A stretch of DNA of 64,000 bases from an uncultured Elusimicrobia bacterium. GTDB taxonomy: Bacteria; Elusimicrobiota; Elusimicrobia; 2-01-FULL-59-12. Positions within the stretch are counted from its first letter, which is position 1; every line of letters starts with the position of its first letter. The stretch lies in the NCBI GenBank assembly GCA_963702895.1, contig OY969767.1, forward strand, positions 2,464,001 through 2,528,000, given 5' to 3'. The notes beneath the pieces were generated by a model, which did no database searches, was not told the DNA's origin, and saw only the letters and a program-made list of their open reading frames with translations. Below are positions 1 to 9,624 of the stretch, piece after piece. The position numbers and the translations under genes were made by a program.

Positions 1-3000
1 CGACACACTGCGCCATAACTACCAGGAACAAGCTGAAGGTCTGATCGACGGGGGCGTGGACATCCTCCTGATCGAAACCTGCCAGGATATCCTACAGGCC
101 AAAGCCGCCACGGTGGGCGTTCTGGACGCTCTTTCCCGCAAGAAGAAGGACCTCCCGATCATGGTGCAGGTCACCGTGGAGTCCACGGGGACTTTGCTCT
201 TGGGGACCGAAATGGCGGCGGTCATCTCCGCTTTGGAGCCCTATCCCATCGCTTCCCTCGGCATGAACTGTGCGACGGGCCCCCAGGAGATGTCGGAACA
301 CGTGCGGATCCTGTCCCAGCAGTGGGCCCGGCCTATTTCTGTTCTTCCCAACGCGGGTTTACCCGAAAACGTGGGCGGACGAGCAGTCTATCGGCTCACT
401 CCTCAGGAGCTGGCCGAGCATCTGAAAGATTTCGTCACCCGGTTCGGGATCAATATCGTAGGCGGCTGCTGTGGGACCACGCCCGCGCATCTGGCTGAAG
501 TCGTGAAAGTCATGGAGAAGATCAAGCCTGTTCCGAGAAGCCTCTCAAGCACCCCGGCTTGTTCAAGCCTCTACCTTCAAGTGCCCTTCAAGCAGGAGCC
601 GAGGCCTCTTATCATCGGTGAACGCACGAATGCCAACGGCTCCAAGAAATTTCGTGAGCTGCTCGCCAAGGATGACTTTGATGCGATCGCCGCCATGGGA
701 AAAGAAGAGGTGAACGAGGGCGCTCACATGATCGACCTCTGCACAGCTTTTGTGGGCCGGGACGAGGTCCGTGACATGAAGGAATGTGTGAGCCGCATGG
801 CGCTCCAGGTGCGCCTGCCGCTCATGATTGACTCCACCGAGGCCCCCGTGATTGAAGAAGCTCTTAAACGTGCGGGCGGACGCTGTGTCATCAATTCCAT
901 CAACCTGGAAGATGGCGAAGAAAGAATGAAGGCGGTCTGCCCTCTGGCCAAGACTTATGGCGCAGCCCTGGTGGCGCTCACAATCGACGAGCAAGGCATG
1001 GCCAAAACCCGGCAAAAGAAGCTCGCCATCGCCAAGCGCATTCACGATCTGGCCATCAAGCGCTTCGGTCTGCGACCGGAAGATTTGCTGTTCGACGCTT
1101 TGACGTTTACGCTCGGTTCGGGTGACGAGGATTTTCGCAAGGCAGGTCTCGAGACCATCGAGGCCATCCGCCTGATCAAAAAGGAGCTCCCCGGAGTCTT
1201 CACCGTACTGGGCGTTTCCAATATCTCGTTTGGTCTGGCACCCCAGATCCGCCAGGTGTTGAACTCGGTGTTTCTCCATTACGCCATTGAAGCCGGTCTC
1301 GACGCTGCCATTGTCCACGCACGCAAGATCCTGCCCCTCTACAAAATCGATGAGAAAGGACGGGAGCTCGCTCGTAAATTGATTTTTGATGATCGCACAC
1401 CCCTCTCGTCATCCCCCGCGGGTGTCAGCGGGGGATCCATCATGATGGACCCCGGGTCTCCAAACAACAGGCGACCCGGCCCGCCGGACGTGTGGAGGGC
1501 CGGCTTACAATCCGCCGGGGTGACGGCTTCTTTTGATCCTCTGACCGCGCTCATGGCGCACTATGCCGAAACCTCAGAGATCTCTGCGAAAGCGAATAAG
1601 GAAGAACCCAAGACCATCGAAGAGCATCTCAAGGTCCGTATCATCGACGGGAATAAACAGGGCCTGGAGGGACTGCTCGATGAGGCGATGAAGAAGTGGG
1701 GTCCGCTCGAGATCATCAACACCATACTGCTTGACGGGATGCGGGTGGTGGGCGATTTGTTTGGTTCGGGCCAGATGCAGCTCCCCTTCGTTCTTCAGTC
1801 CGCGGAAACCATGAAAGTGGCGGTGCGTCATCTGGAGCCCTTCATGCCTAAGGCGGACGCTGGTGTTCATAAAGGGAAGCTCGTCCTTGCGACCGTCAAA
1901 GGGGACGTTCACGACATCGGGAAGAACCTCGTCGATATCATCCTCACGAACAACGGCTACAAGGTTTTCAATTTGGGCATCAAGATGTCGATCGATGAGA
2001 TCCTCAAGGCTGCCGCGGAAAAGAAGGCCGATGCGATCGGGATGTCAGGCTTGCTCGTCAAATCGACGGCGGTCATGAAGGAAAACTTAGAGGAGATGAA
2101 TAAACGAGGCGTGCAAACGCCGGTCCTTTTGGGTGGGGCGGCTCTCACGCGCCGATTTGTGGAAGAAGATCTCCGGCAGCTCTACAAGGGCTATGTCTAT
2201 TATGGGGTGGACGCTTTTGCGGGGCTTCGCATCATGGACGAGCTGACCAACCCTTCCAGAGAAAAGAAGTTGACCCTCTATGAGACGCGTGGCGGTTCGG
2301 GCCAAACCTTGAAAGCGGGAGACTTGCCCTCACCCCACCCCTCTCCCGCCTTCGGCGGGAGAGGGCGGTCGCCAGACGCCTGGCGACCGGGTGAGGGCAC
2401 GCTCTATATCCCTCTATCCCCCTCTCCTTCTATTCCTCATCCGCCGTTCTGGGGCAGCCGGGTCGCGCGAGGAATCGCTTTAAAGGATGTCTTCCCCTAT
2501 ATCAACGAAACGGCCCTCCTCAAAGTGCGCTGGGGCTTTTCCAGGGGGCAAACAAGCGCCGAAGATTACGCGCAACTCCTTAAGGAAACCGTTGGGCCGC
2601 TCTTTCAGAAGTGGAAAAACTACTGCCTTAAGGAGCAGATACTGGTCCCGCAAGTGGTTTACGGTTATTTCCCTTGCCTGTCTGAAGGAGATGATGTGGT
2701 GGTGTATAGGCCGGAAGATTTGAAAAAGGAATGGGTGCGCTTTAAATTCCCGCGACAAAACACGACTCCGATGCGATGTATCAGTGACTTCTTTCTCCAA
2801 AAGCCGTCATCCCGGCATGCTGTAAGCCGGGATCCATCAGACGTGATGGATCCCCCGCTAAAGTCCGCGGGGGATGACAGAAAGAATTTTGACGTATTAG
2901 GTTGCTTTGTCGTGACGGTCGGAACCCAGGCAAGCAACAAAGCGCATGCCCTCTTCAAGGAGAACTCCTACAGCGATTATCTCTACCTGCACGGGCTAAG

Positions 3001-3301
3001 CGTGGAAACGGCCGAAGCCTTAGCCGAGCACTGGCACCGCCGCATGCGTGAGGAGCTGAACATCCACCAGGAAGATCACCCGGAGGTGCGTGAATGGTTT
3101 CACCAGAAGTACCATGGCGGTCGCTACTCTTTTGGGTATCCCGCCTGCCCCAACCTGGAAGATCAAGCAAAGCTTTTTGAACTGCTGGATCCCCAACGCA
3201 TTGGCGTAGCGCTCTCCGAAGCGTTTCAGTTAGACCCTGAGCAAAGCACCTCCGCCATCGTCCTGCACCACCCCGAAGCCAAATACTTTAACGTCCAGTA
3301 A
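1..3301 (+). CDS. metH: Cobalamin-dependent methionine synthase (5'-truncated by window edge), with three in-frame palindromic insertions
   Basis: GGCCGT Zn motif, IGERTNANGSKKF pterin domain, GDVHDIGKN B12-binding motif, RYSFGYPACP activation domain; the frame is open from the window start. Confidence 0.97.
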   Translation, partial: DTLRHNYQEQAEGLIDGGVDILLIETCQDILQAKAATVGVLDALSRKKKDLPIMVQVTVESTGTLLLGTEMAAVISALEPYPIASLGMNCATGPQEMSEHVRILSQQWARPISVLPNAGLPENVGGRAVYRLTPQELAEHLKDFVTRFGINIVGGCCGTTPAHLAEVVKVMEKIKPVPRSLSSTPACSSLYLQVPFKQEPRPLIIGERTNANGSKKFRELLAKDDFDAIAAMGKEEVNEGAHMIDLCTAFVGRDEVRDMKECVSRMALQVRLPLMIDSTEAPVIEEALKRAGGRCVINSINLEDGEERMKAVCPLAKTYGAALVALTIDEQGMAKTRQKKLAIAKRIHDLAIKRFGLRPEDLLFDALTFTLGSGDEDFRKAGLETIEAIRLIKKELPGVFTVLGVSNISFGLAPQIRQVLNSVFLHYAIEAGLDAAIVHARKILPLYKIDEKGRELARKLIFDDRTPLSSSPAGVSGGSIMMDPGSPNNRRPGPPDVWRAGLQSAGVTASFDPLTALMAHYAETSEISAKANKEEPKTIEEHLKVRIIDGNKQGLEGLLDEAMKKWGPLEIINTILLDGMRVVGDLFGSGQMQLPFVLQSAETMKVAVRHLEPFMPKADAGVHKGKLVLATVKGDVHDIGKNLVDIILTNNGYKVFNLGIKMSIDEILKAAAEKKADAIGMSGLLVKSTAVMKENLEEMNKRGVQTPVLLGGAALTRRFVEEDLRQLYKGYVYYGVDAFAGLRIMDELTNPSREKKLTLYETRGGSGQTLKAGDLPSPHPSPAFGGRGRSPDAWRPGEGTLYIPLSPSPSIPHPPFWGSRVARGIALKDVFPYINETALLKVRWGFSRGQTSAEDYAQLLKETVGPLFQKWKNYCLKEQILVPQVVYGYFPCLSEGDDVVVYRPEDLKKEWVRFKFPRQNTTPMRCISDFFLQKPSSRHAVSRDPSDVMDPPLKSAGDDRKNFDVLGCFVVTVGTQASNKAHALFKENSYSDYLYLHGLSVETAEALAEHWHRRMREELNIHQEDHPEVREWFHQKYHGGRYSFGYPACPNLEDQAKLFELLDPQRIGVALSEAFQLDPEQSTSAIVLHHPEAKYFNVQ
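1407..1525. repeat. GTCA...TGAC double-hairpin REP-like element in frame in metH, containing two nested 20-nt hairpin units
   Basis: cgtcatcccccgc..gcgggggatccat..atggaccccgg..gccggggtgacg; same architecture as 2806-2878 and 23416-23486. Confidence 0.85.
2325..2399. repeat. CCCTCACCC...GGGTGAGGG palindromic element (75 nt) in frame in metH linker
   Basis: tgccctcaccc..ccctctcccgccttcggcgggagaggg..gggtgagggca; sister copy at 13282-13349. Confidence 0.85.
2806..2878. repeat. GTCA...TGAC double-hairpin REP-like element in frame in metH activation domain
   Basis: gtcatcccggc..gccgggatccat..atggatcccccgc..gcgggggatgac. Confidence 0.85.
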
Positions 3302-3304
3302 CGT

Positions 3305-3337
3305 CGTCATCCCGGCTTACGTCCTGCCGGGGTGACG
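3305..3337. repeat. Single-hairpin version of the GTCA...TGAC element between convergent genes; possible terminator role
   Basis: cgtcatcccggc-ttacgtcct-gccggggtgacg. Confidence 0.7.
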
Positions 3338-3346
3338 TTAAAAAAT

Positions 3347-4861
3347 CTATTTCTGGGTGGAGGCCCTGAGGAACTGGAGTCGAGCGGCCGCCGGGAGTTT
3401 GGACGCAGGGATCGCCCGCAGCGACCATTCTTTCCAGCCTCCCTGTAAGCGGCCAAAGGCGGGCTGTGACTGATATTTCGTAGGGATGAGTGCTTTGAGG
3501 GGTGCGTCCTTTTCTCGAAAATCGATGCGCGTATAGACGTCGATGCCTTTGCGCTCAAGATCCACCCGGCCAAAACCGCTGGCCCGGACGCTCGACATGA
3601 CCAGAAGCCCCTCTTGCGCCGTGACGATGCCGTTTTTCGCCTGCCAACGGACGCTGAGCTTGCTAAAAGGGATACCCGTCGACGAGTCGAGATATTTTTT
3701 CTTCAAGTAGGGCATCGATTTGGCTTTGGCCAGTCGTTTAAGGGAACTCGCCGGGAACTCGTAGCGCCCTTCTTGAAGTTCCAGAGAACCCCGCCCTTCG
3801 ATCGTGCTCGAGGTGCGACTGGAGAAGACCATTCCGAAGTCTTGGGTGATGCCGGTGAGCTTCCCGGACAATGAGAGATTTTCCCCCGTCACCAGAAGCA
3901 ACGCTTCGACCGGCACGGCGCTCACAGCGCCCTCCAAACGCAGTCGCGGCCCCGCGGTCTCAGGCGTGAGAGTCCCCTTGAGCTCACTCTGTCCTCCAGA
4001 GATTTGGGCCGAATGCTCAAAGGCCATCCCAGATCCACTCTCTTTGATGGACAACTGCCATAGGTCCAAGCTCAGCGCTGTGTCGAGGGATGGACTGATC
4101 GGGAGCCGCGCCAGAAATTGAAGGACAGTGCTCGCCCGGCTCAGGCGCCACGTCGAGGCCTGAGATTTGAGCTCAAAGCCTTGAGGGGTCCTCGTGAGGC
4201 GTGCGGTGAGCGCGTGGGCCTGGTCGGCCACCTCGAGGTCTCCCGTCCACTGGGGATTTGCGAAAAACTGTCCATTGGCGGCAAACGCAAGGCTCACCCC
4301 CGAAAGAGGCCCCGTGAAGGCGCCACGAACTTCCAGCGTCTCAGGTCTTGGGTTCCAGCTCCCTTCGACAAGGGACAGAACAAGCTCCTGTGGCGCACTC
4401 GCGTAGGAGTCCACCCAGTGGATCTCCCCTTGCTTCCAATTCACGCGCCGGAGGGTTGACATCTTAGCGCCAGGAAGGCTTGCATCACGCGGCCACCAGT
4501 CGCGGTCGTCCCATTGGCCATTGGGCTTTCGATTGATGACCGCGGACCATCCTTTGATCTCAGCCTCTTCCGGCAAGATTTTTAAGCGAAGGAGGCCTGA
4601 GAAGCTCAAGGGCGCGGAAAGGGTCTCGATTTGGAGAAAAGGCTCCTTTTGGTCGTTCAGGACGGCGATCTGTCCGAGACGAAGGGTTGGCGGCCAGTAT
4701 CCGAAGGAGCATTGACCGATCACGACGGGCCGATGGAGGAGGGTGGCGAGGACTTCTTCTATTTTGGCCCGCTGCTGTTCCGGGCGAATCAGGAGTGGAA
4801 GGGTCGCGACCGCCGCCACCAGGACAACGATCAAGAGAACAAAAAACGCTAATCGTTTCAC
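3347..4861 (-). CDS. AsmA-like membrane-anchored protein
   Basis: N-terminal TM anchor followed by a predicted beta-rich body; C-terminal segment resembles AsmA_2. Confidence 0.65.
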   Translation of the reverse strand: MKRLAFFVLLIVVLVAAVATLPLLIRPEQQRAKIEEVLATLLHRPVVIGQCSFGYWPPTLRLGQIAVLNDQKEPFLQIETLSAPLSFSGLLRLKILPEEAEIKGWSAVINRKPNGQWDDRDWWPRDASLPGAKMSTLRRVNWKQGEIHWVDSYASAPQELVLSLVEGSWNPRPETLEVRGAFTGPLSGVSLAFAANGQFFANPQWTGDLEVADQAHALTARLTRTPQGFELKSQASTWRLSRASTVLQFLARLPISPSLDTALSLDLWQLSIKESGSGMAFEHSAQISGGQSELKGTLTPETAGPRLRLEGAVSAVPVEALLLVTGENLSLSGKLTGITQDFGMVFSSRTSSTIEGRGSLELQEGRYEFPASSLKRLAKAKSMPYLKKKYLDSSTGIPFSKLSVRWQAKNGIVTAQEGLLVMSSVRASGFGRVDLERKGIDVYTRIDFREKDAPLKALIPTKYQSQPAFGRLQGGWKEWSLRAIPASKLPAAARLQFLRASTQK

Positions 4862-4891
4862 TTTTCCCTCCCCTGGGTCCCGGCGCGGGCC

Positions 4892-5773
4892 TTACGGTAT
4901 GACTTTATTGAGCGGGTACTCGATGATCCCCTCAGCACCCGCGCGCTTGAGCTGAGGGAGCAGCTTCTTGACCGTTTTTTCTTCGATGATCACTTCCAGT
5001 GCCGACCAGCCGGGTTCACTCAAGCTGGCGATGGTAGGACGTTTGAGCGCTGGCAAAAGTTTCATCACTTCCTTCAAATCCTTCTGAGCGACATTCATCT
5101 TGAGACCCACAAGACCTTCAGCGGCAAGAGCGCCTTGGAGCAGCATCGCGAGATTTTCCATTTTCTCGCGTTTCCACGAGTCTTTCCAGGCCTGCGGATT
5201 CGCGATAAAACGCGTACTGGAGGTCAGAATCTCCTCCACCACACGCAGTTTATTGGCGCGCAGCGAGCTTCCGGTCTCAGTGAGCTCCACAATGGCATCG
5301 ACCAAGACCCCGGCTTTGGCTTCCGTGGCGCCCCAAGAGAACTCGACTTCGGCATTCACCTTGTGCTTCGCCAAGTATTTCTTGACCACCCCGACCAGCT
5401 CCGTCGCAATCCTTTTGCCTTCCAAATCTTTGACAGACTTAATCGCTGAATCCTGAGGAACCGCCAGCACCCAGCGGACCGGGCGGAAACCGGACTTTGC
5501 ATAAAGAAGTTCACAGACTTCATGGACCTTGGCCCCCGACTCCATCACCCAGTCATGACCGGTGAGGCCGGCATCAAAGACACCCTCCGCCACGTAACGG
5601 GCCATTTCCTGGGAACGGACGAGCATGATTTCAAGCTCATCGTCATCCGTGCCGGGAAAATAGGAGCGCTCCGAAGCGTGCACGCGGATACCGGCACGCT
5701 TAAAGATTTCAATCGTTGATTCCTGGAGACTCCCCTTGGGAAGCCCGAGTTTGAGTTTTTTGTCTTCAGCCAT
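4892..5773 (-). CDS. hisG: ATP phosphoribosyltransferase (long form)
   Basis: [26 protein letters not shown] motifs and C-terminal regulatory domain. Confidence 0.96.
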   Translation of the reverse strand: MAEDKKLKLGLPKGSLQESTIEIFKRAGIRVHASERSYFPGTDDDELEIMLVRSQEMARYVAEGVFDAGLTGHDWVMESGAKVHEVCELLYAKSGFRPVRWVLAVPQDSAIKSVKDLEGKRIATELVGVVKKYLAKHKVNAEVEFSWGATEAKAGVLVDAIVELTETGSSLRANKLRVVEEILTSSTRFIANPQAWKDSWKREKMENLAMLLQGALAAEGLVGLKMNVAQKDLKEVMKLLPALKRPTIASLSEPGWSALEVIIEEKTVKKLLPQLKRAGAEGIIEYPLNKVIP

Positions 5774-5849
5774 AAAGAGTCCTTTTATTGAGAAATGGTA
5801 GTGAATTATAGCAAGCAGAGCCAGTGTGGTGATTCCAACGTCGCTTTAT

Positions 5850-6782
5850 TTATGCGGAAGCGATTTTGGCCAGCGTCAAGGTGCGACGAGAGGGCCATGG
5901 TGAAGCTTTGTAAGCGTGGTGCACATAATCCTGAAAAAGCTGTTGCAAGCGCCGGGTTATGGGCTTGGACAAACCTCGGCCAAGAGGATGCGCCCGGGAA
6001 GATCCCGCGCTCTTGAGCAGGACGACCGGAACAACTTCGAGCGTTGTGCTGGTGAGGAAGACCTCCTCCGCTTTCAGCAGATCAAGCGGCCTGTAGCGGC
6101 CTTCATGAGCTGGAATCTCATGAAGCTTGGCAAGTTTCAAGACCACGCCGCGCGTAATGCCCGGGAGGAGTCCGCAGGCCAGAGACGGCGTGTAGAGCTG
6201 GCCTTGCTTGACGAAAAAGATATTGGAAGTCGTTCCTTCCGTGAGCTCACCCTTCAGGTTCAAGAGGATGGCCTCAAAAACGCCCATCGCGTTGGCTTCC
6301 ATCTTCGCCTGAATGGTATTAAGCGAGCTGATGGATTTGATCTGGGGATCGAGCGCCTCGGGCGGGTTACGGCGGACTTGGGTGATCCCAATGGACACGC
6401 CCTCGCGCTGATAGCGCTCCACGTCTCGATGGGGGTGCAGCATCATCACCAGGGTAGGCGTCTTGCAAACCGATGGATCAAGCCCCAAAGGGCCCGGGCC
6501 GCGCGCCAGGGTGATGCGAACGCTCGCGTTGGGCTGCCGATTGGCTTTGAGCAGTTTCACCACGGCTCTTTCGAGCGCCCGGCCCGCCCATGGGCATCTC
6601 AAAGCGATGCGGCTGGCAGAATTCAGAAACCTGCGGTAATGGTCAGGCCAATGAAAGATCTGGTAGCCATAGGCATGGACGGTCTCATAAACCCCGTCGC
6701 CGTAGAGAAAGCCATGGTCGAAGGCGGAGACCCTGGCCGAACGCGCGTCGACGAGGCGGTCATTGATCCAGATCATCGCCAA
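5850..6782 (-). CDS. Class IV PLP aminotransferase (PabC/IlvE/Dat-like); start possibly ATG at 6776
   Basis: DHGFLYGDGVYET, EGTTSNIF, LLPGITR motifs; lies downstream of a PabB/TrpE-like gene. Confidence 0.85.
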   Translation of the reverse strand: MAMIWINDRLVDARSARVSAFDHGFLYGDGVYETVHAYGYQIFHWPDHYRRFLNSASRIALRCPWAGRALERAVVKLLKANRQPNASVRITLARGPGPLGLDPSVCKTPTLVMMLHPHRDVERYQREGVSIGITQVRRNPPEALDPQIKSISSLNTIQAKMEANAMGVFEAILLNLKGELTEGTTSNIFFVKQGQLYTPSLACGLLPGITRGVVLKLAKLHEIPAHEGRYRPLDLLKAEEVFLTSTTLEVVPVVLLKSAGSSRAHPLGRGLSKPITRRLQQLFQDYVHHAYKASPWPSRRTLTLAKIASA

Positions 6783-6787
6783 GAGCG

Positions 6788-8077
6788 TTATCGATCCTTC
6801 GGGGCGAAGTACCCTCGACGCTTATCGAAGGTGAGACTCTCGGCGTTTTCTTTCCACCAGGCTTTGGCTTCTTTGAAGGCTTTCTTCTTGTCTTTGGAGG
6901 TATAGGCGGAGGAGAAATCAAAATTCCTGTGGCAGAGGAGCTCAAAAGCCTGTTCTGCCGGAATCACACCTACGGTCCGAAGGACGCTGAGTTGGTTGCG
7001 CGTCTCATCATCCATAATTTTGTAACTGAGAGGCTGTGTTTGATGGCGTTCGATAAGGGTCATCAGATCCACCAGGGCCGTCCGGTCCCCCAGTGAGCCG
7101 CGCGCCACAAGGCGCCCTCCTGTAGGCCAAGAGCGGGATGCCACCTGGAGGATTGGCAAAGAAGCCCGGCTGTTCCGCCAAGCGAGCAGTACGCTCGCGT
7201 AATCGCCGTAGCCCACGTCATTGACCAGTTTTTCAAGGTACGCGCCCACGCGCGGGTCTGGCTGATGGGCCACCCGGTCCAGGATGTCCTTGGCTTCGGA
7301 CCAGTCGGCAACGTGTTGCCTGGCTCCGGCGGCAGGGCCATTGCTCCAAGCGATGATTTTCTCCTGCTCCTGCTCCGGCCTTTTTTCAAAGGCGACTTGG
7401 GCGTCCTTGATCCCTTCTGGCACGTACCAGAACTGCTCTTGCGCAAAGGGATGGACGCGTATCTGCTGGAGCCTGGATCTTGTGTCCTTTAAAAGGTGCC
7501 CCACGAGGTCCGCCTTACCCCCCTGGCTTTTCCACCATTTCTGCCAGACCTTGACGGATGGATCGAGACGCTTGCCGGTCACCTCCTGAAGAATCTCATA
7601 AGCGAGCACATTCGGTCCGGGGACCTTGAGGAGATTGATCAGCTCAGGAACATGCGCGGGTTGGATGAAGAGCACGAGTTTTTTTCGTGCCTTGTTTCGC
7701 AAATCCGGGTTCTTGCTACGAAGTCCCGCCAAATAGAGATTGCCTGAGAGGGAGAAGCTGTCCCATCTTTGGGACACGATGCCCGCCAGAACACATCGCG
7801 CGGAGGGGTTGAGCTTTGAGCGGACCTCCGCTTTGCCCAGCAAGGTTCGCACGTTGAGAAAATCGGGGCCATCCTGATCGTAGATTGAGCGCAGGATGGA
7901 GAATCCAGGGTCGGTCATGTCGCTGAGCTGCTCTTCGGGGATCTGGTTGAGCCGCTGGATAAGCTGAAGGACCGAAGTCTCCTCCGCAGCAGGGGCGGAT
8001 CCCGACAACATCGCAAGCGCTAAGATCAAAGAGACAAGAGATGAGAGACGGATGGTGGGGTGTCGTGACGGGTTCAT
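6788..8077 (-). CDS. Hypothetical exported helical (HEAT-like) protein
   Basis: Signal peptide-like N-terminus; 429-aa ORF whose start overlaps the upstream stop. Confidence 0.6.
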   Translation of the reverse strand: MNPSRHPTIRLSSLVSLILALAMLSGSAPAAEETSVLQLIQRLNQIPEEQLSDMTDPGFSILRSIYDQDGPDFLNVRTLLGKAEVRSKLNPSARCVLAGIVSQRWDSFSLSGNLYLAGLRSKNPDLRNKARKKLVLFIQPAHVPELINLLKVPGPNVLAYEILQEVTGKRLDPSVKVWQKWWKSQGGKADLVGHLLKDTRSRLQQIRVHPFAQEQFWYVPEGIKDAQVAFEKRPEQEQEKIIAWSNGPAAGARQHVADWSEAKDILDRVAHQPDPRVGAYLEKLVNDVGYGDYASVLLAWRNSRASLPILQVASRSWPTGGRLVARGSLGDRTALVDLMTLIERHQTQPLSYKIMDDETRNQLSVLRTVGVIPAEQAFELLCHRNFDFSSAYTSKDKKKAFKEAKAWWKENAESLTFDKRRGYFAPKDR

Positions 8078-9624
8078 GGAAGCCTCCTGTCTTTCGTGGG
8101 TGCCGGGACGCTCGCCCCCAATGCCTCGAGCATCGCCGCAGCTTTATAGAGTGTTTCCTGATATTCCCGAAGAGGAACGGAATCCGCGACAATGCCGGCG
8201 CCCACGGGAAAGGACAACTGGTTCTGATCGAGAAAGAGGGTCCTGATCAGGATATTCAGGGTGGCATCTCCCGTAAACCCGATCCATCCGAGAGACCCGG
8301 TATAGGGCCCGCGCTTGTGCGGCTCGAGTTTATGAATGATTTCCATCGACCGGATCTTCGGACAGCCTGTGATGGTACCTCCGGGAAAGGCGGCGCGCAG
8401 AAGATCCAGCCAGGAACATTCAGGTTTGAGCGTTCCGCGCACGTCGGAGACCAGGTGAATCACATGCGAATAAATCTCCCGGACCAGAGCTTCGGCCACA
8501 CGAACGGTCTTCGGCAAGCACACGCGCCCTAAATCATTGCGCTCAAGGTCCACGAGCATGATATGTTCCGCGCGCTCCTTCGCATCTTGCGCGAGGGCCT
8601 TCGCGAGCCAGACGTCATTGGAGAGCGGCACTCTTCTCGGATAAGTGCCCGCGATCGGTCGCGTCTCCACGCGCCCAGCTTCCAGACGCAGGAGAAGTTC
8701 CGGGGATTGACTGACCATCCAGCGTGTGCCGGATTTATAAAGCGCCGCGTAGGGAGAGGGATTAATCCGGGTCAGCTCCCGGTAGAGTGCCCAGGGATGA
8801 CCGCTCCATCGCGAGGTAAAGGCCTGGCTCAGATTACATTGGTAGATCTCTCCTGCCGCAATGAGGCCCTTGGCGCGCCGTACCATCAGTTGATAAGCGG
8901 CCTCCGAACGGTTGGACCGCACGTCCGTCGCATGGAACTCTCCCCAAGACCTATGACGATGAATGGCCTTCTGGAGAACCACCGCTGATCGACGCAAACG
9001 GTCCTGCCCCTGGCGGTAAAGGCGTTCCAGTTGAATCGGGGAGAGCGCACGGCCTTCAGGAATGAAAACAGAATGCACAAGCCACAAACGCTTCCTGGCG
9101 TGATCGATCGCGGCCACCGCGTCATAGATGCCAAACTCGAAATCCGGAAATCTTTCTACGGAGAGCATCGCGGGTTTAGGCCGTTTGCTTTGGAACAGAG
9201 ACTGAAGGCGCGGCTCGAGCGATGCCGCGCTTTCATAGCCAAAATACCCTACCGCCCCACCCCAAAAGGGAGGAAGCCCGTCCACGCGGGGTCCTGTCAT
9301 AGGACTAAACCAACCATGGAAGCGTTCAAAGGTGTTCCCGATTTTGATGGCTTCTTGCTTGGTCCCGGAGGAGGTGCGATGACGGAGCGTTAACGTGTCC
9401 TGGGCGGCCTCGACATGATACCGAGGAGCGTCGAGCGATAAATAAGAATATCGGGCCTGGGAGCCACCCGCAGCGCTGTGGAGAAAAAACGAATCCTTGT
9501 CCTGGGACTGGAGGTTATACACCCACTCCAGCAAATCGCTGGAAGGGAGGTGCGGCTCGATCCAAAGAGGGACCACCCGGTACTGGGTGGCCCAGCGGGC
9601 GAACTGATTAAAGGTCGGAAACAT
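8074..9624 (-). CDS. Chorismate-binding enzyme, aminodeoxychorismate/anthranilate synthase component I family
   Basis: SPELLL, RPIAGT, KERAEHIMLVDLERNDLGRV, FPGGTITGCPK motifs. Confidence 0.9.
   Translation of the reverse strand: MFPTFNQFARWATQYRVVPLWIEPHLPSSDLLEWVYNLQSQDKDSFFLHSAAGGSQARYSYLSLDAPRYHVEAAQDTLTLRHRTSSGTKQEAIKIGNTFERFHGWFSPMTGPRVDGLPPFWGGAVGYFGYESAASLEPRLQSLFQSKRPKPAMLSVERFPDFEFGIYDAVAAIDHARKRLWLVHSVFIPEGRALSPIQLERLYRQGQDRLRRSAVVLQKAIHRHRSWGEFHATDVRSNRSEAAYQLMVRRAKGLIAAGEIYQCNLSQAFTSRWSGHPWALYRELTRINPSPYAALYKSGTRWMVSQSPELLLRLEAGRVETRPIAGTYPRRVPLSNDVWLAKALAQDAKERAEHIMLVDLERNDLGRVCLPKTVRVAEALVREIYSHVIHLVSDVRGTLKPECSWLDLLRAAFPGGTITGCPKIRSMEIIHKLEPHKRGPYTGSLGWIGFTGDATLNILIRTLFLDQNQLSFPVGAGIVADSVPLREYQETLYKAAAMLEALGASVPAPTKDRRLP

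Noticed and set aside
1407..2878. Inteins or introns in metH
   Set aside because: Inserts are only about 25-40 aa, lack intein terminal motifs and splice signatures, and are DNA palindromes.
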